Below the pieces are notes generated by a model. It did not search any database. It saw nothing but the letters and a program-made list of their open reading frames with translations, and was not told the origin of the DNA. Of a DNA stretch of 64,000 nt, positions 12,634 to 23,038 are shown piece by piece (within the stretch, counting starts at the first letter, position 1; the number at the start of each line of letters is the position of its first letter). Location: assembly GCA_002898395.1 (NCBI GenBank), contig BEHE01000008.1:20640-84639 (forward strand), written 5' to 3'. The DNA comes from Candidatus Calditenuaceae archaeon HR02. GTDB lineage: Archaea; Thermoproteota; Nitrososphaeria_A; Caldarchaeales; Calditenuaceae. Position numbers and translations under genes: made by a program.

Positions 12634-13054
12634 TGCCGAGGACCCGGGTAATTACTTTCCAGGCGGTAGGTGTAATGTCATAGTTTCTTAGGTCATTTGT
12701 CTGGACCCATCTCGCATCCTCTGCATCTGATCCCGGCTTCAAATCTCCTCTAAGATACTTGCCGGCAAAGCAGACGACTACATAGTGGTATAGTAGCTGG
12801 CCTCCCTCTCTATAAAAGACGTCTACGACGTCTAAGACCTGACCCACTTCTATTAGGACGCCTGTCTCCTCTAACACTTCCCTCACAACAGCATTTCTAA
12901 TTGGCTCCTCCCACCGGACTGCGCCACCCGGAAGGGACCATTTCCCCCGGGCCGGCATCCTTCCACGCTTCACTAACAGCACTGCCCCCTCTCTCTCTAC
13001 GAGCGCGCTAGCGGCAGCGACGGCTCGCCTCTCCTCAAACACCCCCTCTACCAC
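12623..13054 (-). CDS. NUDIX hydrolase
   Basis: Nudix box WSLPGG..REVLEETG, GSDAEDARW. Confidence 0.92.
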   Translation of the reverse strand: MVEGVFEERRAVAAASALVEREGAVLLVKRGRMPARGKWSLPGGAVRWEEPIRNAVVREVLEETGVLIEVGQVLDVVDVFYREGGQLLYHYVVVCFAGKYLRGDLKPGSDAEDARWVQTNDLRNYDITPTAWKVITRVLGIKQ

Positions 13055-13145
13055 CCCCTTAGCTAGCTCTAGGACGGTAGGTAAGGTTTTAGGAAAGGGA
13101 TAAAAATGGAGCTATGTACAGTTTGGGCCTTGCACCACGGCTTTA

Positions 13146-13763
13146 TCAGACCGTCTTCGTCTCGGAGCCCGCCTCGCTTACCTTGAGGGTCTCCGGGATC
13201 TCTGGGAAGGCTGTCTTCATTCTCTGTGCCGCAATCTCCGCCGCTTCTTGGAGTATCTTTTGAGCTTCGCCATCGCTTACTGAGACGCTTGTTATGGAGC
13301 CTGTGACGGAGCCGGCCTCAATTATTAACCCCTCGAGCATTTCGTCCACATATCGTAGATTCTCCGCAACCTCGGGCACAACCCCTGCCAGATCTGACTG
13401 GACATGCTTTATAATGGCGGTGGCTGGGCCAAGGACATGCATTACATCACCAAACTCCTTTACGGTCTCAAGCCTCAGGATGACCTTTTCAAGCGAGAGC
13501 TGACTCCGGACAACAACTCGAGACATCTTCCGAAGCTGAGCTATCTCGTTAGCATAGATTGTGGCGCGACCCGTGTCTCCCTCCTGCTGCGCCCTAACGC
13601 ACTGCTCGAATAACTCCTTGCCCCTTGACACAAGCCTCTGAGCCGTCCTGTTCAGCTTTTCAGACTGAATCTTCAGGGCAGTGACTATCTCTAGGTATCT
13701 GCTATCTGAGGCGACTATCCCTCGACCGTGTCCGGCATCTCTCTTGAAGGGGTTTTTCAACAT
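13146..13763 (-). CDS. ESCRT-III (Snf7/CdvB-like) protein
   Basis: Coiled-coil with ATIYANEIAQLRK, QLSLEKVILRLETVKEFGD, EAQKILQEA..FPEIP, typical of CdvB paralogues. Confidence 0.88.
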   Translation of the reverse strand: MLKNPFKRDAGHGRGIVASDSRYLEIVTALKIQSEKLNRTAQRLVSRGKELFEQCVRAQQEGDTGRATIYANEIAQLRKMSRVVVRSQLSLEKVILRLETVKEFGDVMHVLGPATAIIKHVQSDLAGVVPEVAENLRYVDEMLEGLIIEAGSVTGSITSVSVSDGEAQKILQEAAEIAAQRMKTAFPEIPETLKVSEAGSETKTV

Positions 13764-13910
13764 GTATCAACTGGCAAACTACTTCTGTATTGTATTTAGG
13801 TTTCGTCGGGGCCCTGACTCGAAGACTATGGGCGCAATACTCTGGAATTCCTCCACTAGTCCCCAAGTAATCTTAATTAGAGCAGACCCGCTAGATTCGT
13901 TGTCAGGACT

Positions 13911-14522
13911 TTGACCGCCACAGCGATAGTTTTGACCGATTTCTCTGGGATAGGCGGGGTCCAGAGAGGGCTGTACAAGATCCTTGATAAGCCTATGATC
14001 GAGTATGTATTAGATGCCCTACCGGACGAGGTGGATGAATTGGTGATCTCGGTAAGGGATGAGGCGGAAAAAGAGGCTTACTCTGAGACGGCCGAGAAGT
14101 ATATGGCGCGGATACATGTTAGCGGGGCGGGACTCGGGGGTGCGCTGAAATCCTACATGCCCCTCTCAGAGTCTGACAGGTTTCTCATACTGCCCTGCGA
14201 CGCACCTCTTATCAGCCAAGAATTCGCAACATTTATCCTAGAGTCTTGCAGGAAATTCTCAGCTACAATACTGAGAGACGCCGCGGGGAGGGCTGACTAC
14301 CTCTTCTCAGCCTATAGGAAGACGCCGTTTCTAGAGGCATGCGGCGCCACTGGGAGCGAGGAGATCGATGAGATAACCCGGCACATGAAGAACGTCCTAT
14401 ACATATACATAGGAGCCCTAAAGATCTTCGACCAGAAAATGAATATCCTCTTCAGAGTTGCGAACAGCTCCGACGCCAAGAGAGCCGAGAGGATAATCAG
14501 GGGTAAAATGAAAAGATTGTAG
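13911..14522 (+). CDS. MobA-like NTP transferase, divergent
   Basis: KPMIEYVLDAL and LILPCDAPLI motifs; N-terminal LAGG loop absent. Confidence 0.7.
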   Translation: MTATAIVLTDFSGIGGVQRGLYKILDKPMIEYVLDALPDEVDELVISVRDEAEKEAYSETAEKYMARIHVSGAGLGGALKSYMPLSESDRFLILPCDAPLISQEFATFILESCRKFSATILRDAAGRADYLFSAYRKTPFLEACGATGSEEIDEITRHMKNVLYIYIGALKIFDQKMNILFRVANSSDAKRAERIIRGKMKRL

Positions 14523-14586
14523 TTTACCACTCGATTTAGTTTGGGGGGAGAGCGTTTTAAATAAGGGCTCTCCAGCTGGATTAGGC

Positions 14587-16065
14587 GTGGACAGAGCCTA
14601 CGACGTTATAGTTGTAGGTGGAGGAGTTGCGGGTGCTCACACGGCCATGGCCGTGGCGCGTTTCTCTAACGGCCAGCTGAGAATACTCTTGATCGATAGA
14701 AACGATTCAAAAGAGTTTGGGAAGAAAACTCGGACAGGCTGGTCATGTGGGGATGCTGTCAGTAAAAAAAGCCTAGACTACGCATGTAGTAATCTTGGAA
14801 TCTCTTATGGCTTTCCGGAGGTCGAGCATAAGGTAGAAGGCGTCCTAGTTTACTCGCCTGACCACGAGTCAAAAGTCTTGTTCGATGGTGAGGGCTACAT
14901 TCTGAATAGGCGAGTCTGGGCCGCCCGCCAGCTCGAGTATCTCGAGAAGTTCGGCGTAGAGGTGAGGCACGGTCTAGACGCCCAAACATTGATAGCCGAC
15001 AACGGATATGTCAGGGGGGTTAAATGTAAAGACTTAGGCAGTGGGGAGGAGTTGAATTTCTATGCGAAAGTGGTGGTGGATGCGTCCGGTTCTGCCTCAA
15101 AGCTCCGCTCAAACCTCCCCATCCCCAGCTTCATCGAGAGGGAGATAGACAAGGAAAACGACATCATAGGTACTGGAAGGTACATTGTGGAGTTTGAGCA
15201 TGGCGAGGAGGACGAGACATGGTTCAACACCCGCTACTGCATTATACACCTAGACCAAGTCCTAGCGCCCGGCGGCTACTCATGGGTCTTCCCTAAAGGG
15301 GAGAATAAAGCCAACATAGGCCTCGGCGTGCTGAGACGCCTACTCAACAGGAGAAACGCCTCCCTTGGCGTCAATGAGGGCCTCCCAGACCTGATAGAGA
15401 AGTACCTGAGTTTGAACCGAGCCGTGAAGAATCCGAGACCCTCCTCCTCACCCCTAGACGCGAACAACACCTTCAACATTTGGCAGGTCCCTGTGAGACG
15501 TCAGAATGACTGTCTCGTAGCCAATGGCTTTGCGATAGTGGGTGACGCCGCGTGGATGCCTAGGCCGATTGACGCCGGCGGGATTGGGCCTGCTCTTGAG
15601 GCGAGTATTATTTTGGGGCGGTGCGTCACCGAGGCCATCGAGTCTGGGGATGTCAGCCAGAAGGGGCTCTGGAGATATAACGTTGAATACGTGAGGAGGC
15701 GCGGCTACCAAATGGCTAGTTTTGAGGTGCTTAGACGCTATCTCCAAGGGCTCACAAACGAGAGGATTAGCTTCGGCATGAAGCACTTCCTCTCACAGGA
15801 GGACGTGGAGAGCATTAAGAAGCGTGAGCATCCACGGTTCCCGCTCCTCACCAGTCTGACCCGGTACCTATTCGACGGAGAGTTGAGGAGGAGGATAAGG
15901 GAGGACCCAGCCCTCGCGAAGGGGCTGAGGCTGACGGCGGAGAAGAGTAGGCGCCTGATAGCCCTTTACGAGAAGTATCCGGAGGATCCCAGCGGTTTCG
16001 AGGAGTGGCACCGCCGTTTCCTAGCCGAGCTCCGTGACGCCTATTCTAGGTTATCTCCTCAATAG
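14587..16065 (+). CDS. Geranylgeranyl reductase-family flavoprotein
   Basis: VVGGGVAG, CGDAVS, GYSWVFPKG..ANIGLG, VGDAA..PIDAGGI. Confidence 0.87.
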   Translation: MDRAYDVIVVGGGVAGAHTAMAVARFSNGQLRILLIDRNDSKEFGKKTRTGWSCGDAVSKKSLDYACSNLGISYGFPEVEHKVEGVLVYSPDHESKVLFDGEGYILNRRVWAARQLEYLEKFGVEVRHGLDAQTLIADNGYVRGVKCKDLGSGEELNFYAKVVVDASGSASKLRSNLPIPSFIEREIDKENDIIGTGRYIVEFEHGEEDETWFNTRYCIIHLDQVLAPGGYSWVFPKGENKANIGLGVLRRLLNRRNASLGVNEGLPDLIEKYLSLNRAVKNPRPSSSPLDANNTFNIWQVPVRRQNDCLVANGFAIVGDAAWMPRPIDAGGIGPALEASIILGRCVTEAIESGDVSQKGLWRYNVEYVRRRGYQMASFEVLRRYLQGLTNERISFGMKHFLSQEDVESIKKREHPRFPLLTSLTRYLFDGELRRRIREDPALAKGLRLTAEKSRRLIALYEKYPEDPSGFEEWHRRFLAELRDAYSRLSPQ

Positions 16066-17148
16066 TGTTAGAATTGAGTTTAAGGTGTTGAGAAACCTGT
16101 TGTTCTGACCCCTTAGACCGACTGTGACTCTGAGACAGTTCTTTGTGAGCTGGCTCTGGGAAAGGTTTCTTACGACTATTCCTCGTTTCAGCAGCTCGGC
16201 ATAGATTTGATTAGCGTCTAATTCTCTGAAACGGATGAGGAGGAAGTTTGCGTGTGAGGGGTGGACTTCTAATCCGTCTATACGCGAGAGTACGTTGTAT
16301 ATCCTTTCGCGCTCACTGACTATGTTTTTGACCGAGTGGTACATGTAGCTACGGTGTGTCAGGGCGTGGTGAGCTATCTCTATGTTTAGTGTGCCGAGGC
16401 TGTTAGGTGGTCTGGCCTTGTTGACCAACTTCACAGTCTCCTCACAGGCGAGGATGTATCCTATTCTTGCTCCAGCCAAGCCGAACGCCTTCGAGAGTGT
16501 CCTGATGACTATGAGGTTGCTAAACTTCCGGAGAAGTGGCTGCACAGAGACTTTACAGTATTCATAGTAGGCCTCGTCTACTACTATGCAGGCCTCTGTC
16601 TCGGCGCAGAGGCGTTCGACGTCCCGTATCGTTGTTATGTTTCCGGTTGGATTATTGGGGCTGCAAAGAAAAACCATCCCTGTATTACTGTCTAGACGTG
16701 AGAGGATTCCGTCTAGGTTGTCTTGGAAATTTTCTAGGCGTGGGACCCCTACGAACCTGGCACCCTGGAGCTCAGAGGCTATTCTGAAGTAGCTATAGGT
16801 TGGTACTGAGGCCAGGGCCGTGGTATCCTTCTCAAGAAAGACTCTCGCCACTATGTCTATCGCCTCGTCAGCACCATTTGTTGGAATTATTGCATCAGGG
16901 TCGTGGAAGGTGTATTCCGCGATAGCCTGCCTCAAGGAAGAGTAGCTAGTGTCCGGGTAGAGGTTGATCTTGGTTTTAGGGAGTTTTTTCGAGGCTGCCT
17001 TCAGCGACGCAACAGGGGGTGTGGGGGAGGTGTTGAGGTCTAGTCGAAGAATCTTGCCAGGCTTAATGCCGAGGCTAGAGGCTATCTGCTCCGTGGACGG
17101 CTCCCAGCCGTAGGGCTCGAAAACATCGAGTAAAGCCCTGTACCTCAA
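16051..17148 (-). CDS. hisC: Histidinol-phosphate aminotransferase
   Basis: NGADEAI, CSPNNPTG, VDEAYYEY, RTLSKAFGLAGARIGY, LRVTVG. Confidence 0.9.
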   Translation of the reverse strand: MRYRALLDVFEPYGWEPSTEQIASSLGIKPGKILRLDLNTSPTPPVASLKAASKKLPKTKINLYPDTSYSSLRQAIAEYTFHDPDAIIPTNGADEAIDIVARVFLEKDTTALASVPTYSYFRIASELQGARFVGVPRLENFQDNLDGILSRLDSNTGMVFLCSPNNPTGNITTIRDVERLCAETEACIVVDEAYYEYCKVSVQPLLRKFSNLIVIRTLSKAFGLAGARIGYILACEETVKLVNKARPPNSLGTLNIEIAHHALTHRSYMYHSVKNIVSERERIYNVLSRIDGLEVHPSHANFLLIRFRELDANQIYAELLKRGIVVRNLSQSQLTKNCLRVTVGLRGQNNRFLNTLNSILTLLRR

Positions 17149-17207
17149 GACCTCCTAAGAAGATACGGTTATAGACTCGATGTCTTAAGGATTGCCTTAG
17201 GAGGAAG

Positions 17208-18503
17208 TTGGAGGGGATACTGCGGATAGGTATTGATGATACGGACTCGAAACGCACCATGTGCACCACCTATGTCGCGGCACAGGCCCTTAAGGAGCTG
17301 GAGAAGAGTGGCTATAAGCCAGCAGACCTTCCCTGGCTCGTAAGGCTCAATCCTAACTGCCCCTACAAAACCCGTGGGAACGCTGCCATCTGTATCTCAA
17401 TCCGTGCCAATTCAAGCGACATATCCCAGATCGAGGAAATAGTAGTCTCAGCTGTTGAACGGTGGGCGGACCTCGAGTCTGAAGGCACAGACCCCGGAAT
17501 CGTGTATGCGTGGGACGAGCAGGCCGGGCACTTGAGAGAGCTGTATTGGAGGGCTGTTCGAGAGATTATTGAGCCCGCGGAGGTTGAGCAGAGATGCTAC
17601 GAACTGGGTGTCCGCTACGTGCAGATGAAGGAGGGTAGGGGAATTGTTGGGGCAGCCGCTGCCGTGGGTGCAGAACCAGACTCCTTGAAGACCTTTGAGG
17701 CTATCGCCTATCGCGTTCCTGAGATGTGGGGTAGAGAAAGGCTCGTCGACGAGCAGAGCGTGATCGAGATGGATAGAGCCCTCACACAATACACCTTTGA
17801 TAACTACGACTATGAGAAGGGGGAGGTCAGGATCACTCCACACACACCATGCCCAGTGTTAGCCGGTGTCCGCGCGATAACCCCACAGCACGCGGAGAAG
17901 GGGTTAGGCATGGTGAGGTTTTACGAGCCGGTCGACTTCTATATGGTCTTCAAGACAAATCAGGCAAGCGATTTACACTACGTACCCGCCAGAATCCGCG
18001 ACATGAAGCCGAACACATCATACGTCGTGAGGGGAGTAGTCTCTTCGCGCCCTAACATTATAGCTGGTGGACATGTCTTCATCAAGGTTAGCGACGGGAC
18101 CGGAGAGGTCACCCTTGCAGCCTATGAGCCGACGGGTAGTTTCAGAAGGGTTGTCCAAGGCTTGGTGGTGGGTGATGAGGTCCTAGCATATGGTGCTCTC
18201 AAGGCAAAGCCCTACGGCCTTACAATGAATCTAGAGAAGCTCGCAATAATCAGGTTGGTGAAAGCAGTATCAAAGGCCGCCCCCAAATGTAACGTTTGTG
18301 GCCGTCGGATGAAGAGCATGGGGCGGGGTAAGGGCTACAGATGTGAGAAATGTAGGATTAAGATGCCAGAGCTAAAGCCTGTTTATGTAGATGTGGGGAG
18401 AAAGATATCAGAGGGAATCTATGAAGTCAGTGTCTCAGCGCGGAGACACCTCACAGCCCCTCTGAAGCTGGAGTCACTCAGGCGACATGACAAGCATAGT
18501 TAG
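17208..18503 (+). CDS. tiaS: tRNA(Ile2) agmatinylcytidine synthase
   Basis: IGIDDTDS, LVRLNPNCPYKTRGN, TNQASD, OB fold, CxxC..CxxC, RRHLTAP. Confidence 0.95.
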   Translation: MEGILRIGIDDTDSKRTMCTTYVAAQALKELEKSGYKPADLPWLVRLNPNCPYKTRGNAAICISIRANSSDISQIEEIVVSAVERWADLESEGTDPGIVYAWDEQAGHLRELYWRAVREIIEPAEVEQRCYELGVRYVQMKEGRGIVGAAAAVGAEPDSLKTFEAIAYRVPEMWGRERLVDEQSVIEMDRALTQYTFDNYDYEKGEVRITPHTPCPVLAGVRAITPQHAEKGLGMVRFYEPVDFYMVFKTNQASDLHYVPARIRDMKPNTSYVVRGVVSSRPNIIAGGHVFIKVSDGTGEVTLAAYEPTGSFRRVVQGLVVGDEVLAYGALKAKPYGLTMNLEKLAIIRLVKAVSKAAPKCNVCGRRMKSMGRGKGYRCEKCRIKMPELKPVYVDVGRKISEGIYEVSVSARRHLTAPLKLESLRRHDKHS

Positions 18504-18710
18504 CGTTGATCTGACCTTCTCGAGCCTCCTAATGTTCCAGGAAACAGTCTCCTTTAGCTTATCCATCGACTCTGCCTCAACCTTGGCCACAATGTCATAG
18601 ACGCCATAGACTAGGTATGCCTCTTTAACAGGTGGCATCTGCCTCAGCTGTTTCAAGACCTCCTCCTCGGCACCTATCTCGGTATTGATTAACACGTAGG
18701 CCGTCGGCAA
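18474..18710 (-). CDS. Stand-alone Lrp/AsnC ligand-binding domain
   Basis: AYVLINTEIG, VYGVYDIVAKVEA, IRRLEKVRSTLTM. Confidence 0.9.
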   Translation of the reverse strand: MPTAYVLINTEIGAEEEVLKQLRQMPPVKEAYLVYGVYDIVAKVEAESMDKLKETVSWNIRRLEKVRSTLTMLVMSPE

Positions 18711-18788
18711 TCCGAGACGTAAACTTAGCTATCCCTCATATATATCTTTTAACACATATAATCTCGACAAAAGGTATAGGCGTCGAGG

Positions 18789-19067
18789 ATGGTTCGAGTC
18801 TTGGTGGGGCATCCCTCTCGCCTCAGGATAATAGTCGAGACACCTTATAGCGATACAATTTTAAGGGCGATAAAGCCGGAGCTATCCTCCCTACCCTCTA
18901 GGAGGGTTAGAGCCTCTATCCAGCTCAGAGAAGGGGCCTTAGATTTGAACCTCGATGCCGACGACCTCGTAGCCTTGAGGGCTGGGCTTAACACTTTCCT
19001 CCGCTGGATCATATCACTTGATAAGTGTCTCTGTCTCATCGATGCCAGAGAGCAGGAGGCGCCTTAG
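18789..19067 (+). CDS. pcc1: KEOPS complex subunit Pcc1
   Basis: AIKPE and ADDLVALRAGLNTFLRWI signature. Confidence 0.85.
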   Translation: MVRVLVGHPSRLRIIVETPYSDTILRAIKPELSSLPSRRVRASIQLREGALDLNLDADDLVALRAGLNTFLRWIISLDKCLCLIDAREQEAP

Positions 19068-19123
19068 GGAATTGTTGGAGGGGAGAGGATCTCCAGACAG
19101 GTGTGTTAAGTGTTTAATAAGAG

Positions 19124-20149
19124 TTGGGACCCAGCCTAGACTTGGGGATGCCTCAGAGGGAGAGGGCTAGGGAGGGGGAGAGGAAGTATAGCGACATATC
19201 GGAGCTCCCAGGCGTAGGTCCTGCAACGGTCGAGAGGCTGAGGGAGATAGGATGCTCCACAATAGAGGCCTTAGCGACAGCTACAGTAGCCGAGCTCGAG
19301 GCGGCAGGTATAGGTGAGAAGAGGGCTTTAGAACTGATAGACTTGGCCAGAAAGTCGATAGAGATATCTTGGGTGACCGCTAAAGAGCTCGCATCGCTAA
19401 AGAGCAACGTCAGACACCTCACAACAGGCAGTAAGGCGCTGGATAGTTTGCTGGGTGGTGGGATAGAGACTCAGGCCATCACAGAGTTCTTCGGCGAGTT
19501 TGGCTCGGGTAAAAGCCAGATCTGCCACCAGTTAGCTGTTAATGTCCAGCTCCCCTATGAGAGGGGCGGCCTCGAGGGGGCTGCACTCTACATCGATACT
19601 GAAAACACGTTCAGGATAGAACGGATAGAACAGATGGCTAAACACCTGGGGCTAGACTTTGACAGTGTCGCCGAGAAGATCATATACGCCGAAGCATACA
19701 ACTCCGACCACCAGATACTACTGCTCGAGAAGGCAGATAGGATAATCAAGGAGCATAACGTGAAGCTCGTAATTATTGACTCACTGACAGCACACTTCAG
19801 AAGCGAGTATATCGGAAGGGAGATGCTGGCAGAGCGGCAGCAAAAGCTGAACAAACACATGCACAGGCTCCTCAGACTTTCTCGCGCATTTAATCTCGCC
19901 GCAGTCGTAACTAACCAAGTCATGGCAAGGCCTGACGAGTTCTTCTCATTTAACGCAGTCTCACCAGTTGGGGGACACATAGTCGGCCACACAAGTCACA
20001 TGAGAATCTTCATAAGAAAGACGGCCGGCAAGAATGTGAGGATTGTGCGTCTAGTCTCCAGCCCGCACCTGCCTGAGGGCGAGGTACTTATAAAAATCAC
20101 GGAGAACGGGGTAGAAGACGCTGATGAGGCGGAGGTTAAGTCGAGGTAG
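19124..20149 (+). CDS. radA: DNA repair and recombination protein RadA
   Basis: HhH N-terminus, [31 protein letters not shown]; no intein. Confidence 0.97.
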   Translation: MGPSLDLGMPQRERAREGERKYSDISELPGVGPATVERLREIGCSTIEALATATVAELEAAGIGEKRALELIDLARKSIEISWVTAKELASLKSNVRHLTTGSKALDSLLGGGIETQAITEFFGEFGSGKSQICHQLAVNVQLPYERGGLEGAALYIDTENTFRIERIEQMAKHLGLDFDSVAEKIIYAEAYNSDHQILLLEKADRIIKEHNVKLVIIDSLTAHFRSEYIGREMLAERQQKLNKHMHRLLRLSRAFNLAAVVTNQVMARPDEFFSFNAVSPVGGHIVGHTSHMRIFIRKTAGKNVRIVRLVSSPHLPEGEVLIKITENGVEDADEAEVKSR

Positions 20150-20156
20150 ATAGGGG

Positions 20157-20543
20157 ATGGGTAGCACACTACAGATGGGGAAGGGGATACTAAACTTCAT
20201 GAACTCTCTCTTGGCCGGAAAGTTCGCCGAGGCCGAGAGGAGTTTGGAGAGGATGGAAAAGAAATCTAAGACCCCAGAGGAAAGACGCGTTATACATGCA
20301 CTACGGGGGCTGCTCAACGCGTATCAGCTTGATGATAGAGACTCACTAATCTACCGCATCTTCATGGATGCTGATCCCCAAGAGAATGCCAGAGAGGTCC
20401 TAAAGGCCTTGGAGTTGCACCTTAAACAGCTGGACAAGGGGTCTGACGGCTATTTTGAGGCTTGGTCTTTCATTTTGAAGAATATTAAGAGTCTCCCTAT
20501 ACCGCATAGGCTCAGAGCGGAGAATCAGGAAGAGGCTAGCTAA
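20157..20543 (+). CDS. Hypothetical alpha-helical protein
   Basis: Intact ORF 7 nt after radA with protein-like composition. Confidence 0.65.
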   Translation: MGSTLQMGKGILNFMNSLLAGKFAEAERSLERMEKKSKTPEERRVIHALRGLLNAYQLDDRDSLIYRIFMDADPQENAREVLKALELHLKQLDKGSDGYFEAWSFILKNIKSLPIPHRLRAENQEEAS

Positions 20544-20857
20544 ACTGAGAGATTGTAGAAAAGCACCCACACCATAAGCCAAATAAACGCATAAGCCGCC
20601 ATGCCCGATGTCACAGCAGCCCGCCTAGATAAGAAGGTGGAGCCGCTATATAGCGCCATAACAAGCGGGATCGATAGGCCGTAAACTCCTATTCCGAGTA
20701 GGACGGAGTAAATCCAGTAGATAGGCAAGGTCCCTGAGACGAATCCTACGGCGAGGGCAAGGACTATGCGTATAAGGTATATGACCTCATCTGGCTCCAA
20801 GGGCTCAGACCATATGATGATGCTACTAGCTTTTAGCTTTGTCTCGCTACTAAACAA
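20540..20857 (-). CDS. EMC6/Rab5ip-like 3-TM membrane protein (likely start TTG at 20800)
   Basis: IYLIR..ALAVGFVSG and C-terminal GMAAYAFIWLMVWVLFYNL pattern resembling EMC6. Confidence 0.6.
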   Translation of the reverse strand: MFSSETKLKASSIIIWSEPLEPDEVIYLIRIVLALAVGFVSGTLPIYWIYSVLLGIGVYGLSIPLVMALYSGSTFLSRRAAVTSGMAAYAFIWLMVWVLFYNLSV

Positions 20858-20861
20858 GTGC

Positions 20862-22019
20862 TTAGGTGCTTTTCAGCATAAATCGCCTCATGAGGAGGAG
20901 GGAGCCTATACCCGCTGCAAAGGCAGAGACACTGATAATCCAATCTGTCTCGACCCACTCTCTCAAGACACCTGCCCCAAAGCTACCCGCACTAGAGCCT
21001 AGATCTATTGACAAGGTCAAGATGGCTATCCCCATTGTTAGGGAGGAGCCTTCCGCCAGTGATTGGACTGCAAGGAGGCTTGAGGGTATGAAGAGGCCGA
21101 GGGAGAGGCCGTAGAGGGCCATACCTAAGTATAGTGCCGGCAGGGCCGGGGTTAAGAAAAATATTCCCGTCGTCATGATGAGGGTGGAGCTGGCCATCAT
21201 TCCACGGGTTGGAGACTTTAAAAGAGAGGAGAGTGGTCTACCGAGAACATTGAAAATCGAGGCCCAGGCGAATAGCAATGGAACCTCTGGCTCTGACATC
21301 ATTGATTTCTCCACCAAGTAGATTGGAAGCATTGCGGTGATTGCCCCGACTACATAACTAAGCAAGAACCTGGAGGAGACTAGAAGCATCATATCCCTAC
21401 TCAAGAGCCTAGAAAGTTCGCCCATACCTATAGAGCGTCTATTGTGAGGGTTCTCGCCACCAGAAGGGGCGAAGAATGCGATCCCTGATAGAGCGGCTCC
21501 AACCATGAACGTATAGCTGTAGGCTAGGCTAGGTTCGAATTTGGCGCGGAGAATTGCCAGTAGCATGGAGGATAGGAGTGGGCCCAGGGTCATCCCCAAG
21601 GGTGGAGCCGTCATGACCCACCCGAGCCTCTGATTGTTGCCCGACAGCCTGACAGCCTCTGACAGGGCCGGAGGGTGAAAACTCGCGAAACCTATCCCGC
21701 GTAGCCCGCTAGCGATATACATGAATGGGATTGATGGGGAGAGTGCGTAGAGTAGTAGGGAAGTTGAGTTGGTGACCACCCCGGCCCTGATTAGCGATTT
21801 TGAACCTAGCATATGCTGGAGGGAAGCTAAGGGTAGTCTGGTGAGGAATGTTGTTAGCGCGGCGACTCCATATATTACTCCAATCTCGCTTGGCGAGGCG
21901 CCGATCCTGTAGGCATATAGCCCTATGAGGGGCCCGGTCATGGAGGTAGATACTGTATAGCAGAGAAAGGATGTCCAGAGCCTCACTGTTTGACCAGCTA
22001 AGACTTGACTATGAGTCAC
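20862..22019 (-). CDS. MFS transporter
   Basis: About 12 TM helices; LRGIG and GMTLGPLL motifs. Confidence 0.88.
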   Translation of the reverse strand: MTHSQVLAGQTVRLWTSFLCYTVSTSMTGPLIGLYAYRIGASPSEIGVIYGVAALTTFLTRLPLASLQHMLGSKSLIRAGVVTNSTSLLLYALSPSIPFMYIASGLRGIGFASFHPPALSEAVRLSGNNQRLGWVMTAPPLGMTLGPLLSSMLLAILRAKFEPSLAYSYTFMVGAALSGIAFFAPSGGENPHNRRSIGMGELSRLLSRDMMLLVSSRFLLSYVVGAITAMLPIYLVEKSMMSEPEVPLLFAWASIFNVLGRPLSSLLKSPTRGMMASSTLIMTTGIFFLTPALPALYLGMALYGLSLGLFIPSSLLAVQSLAEGSSLTMGIAILTLSIDLGSSAGSFGAGVLREWVETDWIISVSAFAAGIGSLLLMRRFMLKST

Positions 22020-22135
22020 TTCAGAAACAACGGCTCCCCGCGTAGCATTTAACTTTGATTGCGACGAATTACACTCAATGTTGCTTGTGACGAGATAAAT
22101 AGTAGGTCAGCATTTATCAAAGTGGTGCCCAAGCA

Positions 22136-23038
22136 TTGAGGACCTTGGCACTCGCAGAGACAATCCATACATATTTCAGCCTCACAAAGCCTAATGTATG
22201 GTGGCTCTTGGTCTTCGTAGGCCTAGCAGGGTATCTCGCGGGTTTGAGAAACTCCCTAAATCCAGTGACACTACTGTCTTCTGCCCTGGGCTTAGTGTGT
22301 GGATCGGCGGGCGCTGAGAGCGTGGCAAACTATCTTGAGAAGGATGTAGATGCGGTTATGGAGAGGACTAGAAGGCGCCCACTGCCAAGAGGTCTGATTC
22401 AGCCCCCTGAAAAAGCGTTGATACTCGGCCTCACGCTTATAGTAGTCTCTCTTGTGATCTCCGCCCTCCTACTCAACCTCACAGCCCTCCTAGCCATGCT
22501 CCTAGGGATACTCGACTACGTCTTGGTCTATGTAGTCCTAACTAAGAGAAGGACAGCTTGGAACATTGTTCTCGGAAGCCCCGCGGGCGCAGCACCAGTT
22601 CTAGTCGGATACGCCAGCGCAAGCGGCTTTATAGACATCTCCGCATTGATCCTCGGTCTACTAGTGGTCTTCTGGATTCCAAGTCATGTCTGGAGCCTCG
22701 CCCTAAAGTATAAGGAGGACTACATCAGGGCTGGAATACCAATGCTCCCCACAGTTGTCCCTGAGAAGGTTGCTGTTAGATGTATAGCAGGGACCGTCAT
22801 ACTGCTGATTACCTCCTCCCTCCTATTGCCGATACTTGATAGGAGATTCCTAAAGGGCCCCTACTTAGCCACAGCAGCAATAGTTGGAGCCGCACTCTTA
22901 TCACTCTCACTTAAGGTTCTCCAAAGCCCAAGCCAAAAAAACTCTTGGATGCTATTCAAGTTCACCAGCCCCTATCTTGCAATTCTATTCTTAGCCGTTA
23001 TGGCAGAGTCGGTATTAGGCCTTCTTAACGCTCAGTGA
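22136..23038 (+). CDS. cyoE: Protoheme IX farnesyltransferase (heme O synthase)
   Basis: LTKP, EKDVDAVMERTRRRPLP, KRRT..NIVLG, WIPSH, DYIRAGIPMLP. Confidence 0.93.
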   Translation: MRTLALAETIHTYFSLTKPNVWWLLVFVGLAGYLAGLRNSLNPVTLLSSALGLVCGSAGAESVANYLEKDVDAVMERTRRRPLPRGLIQPPEKALILGLTLIVVSLVISALLLNLTALLAMLLGILDYVLVYVVLTKRRTAWNIVLGSPAGAAPVLVGYASASGFIDISALILGLLVVFWIPSHVWSLALKYKEDYIRAGIPMLPTVVPEKVAVRCIAGTVILLITSSLLLPILDRRFLKGPYLATAAIVGAALLSLSLKVLQSPSQKNSWMLFKFTSPYLAILFLAVMAESVLGLLNAQ

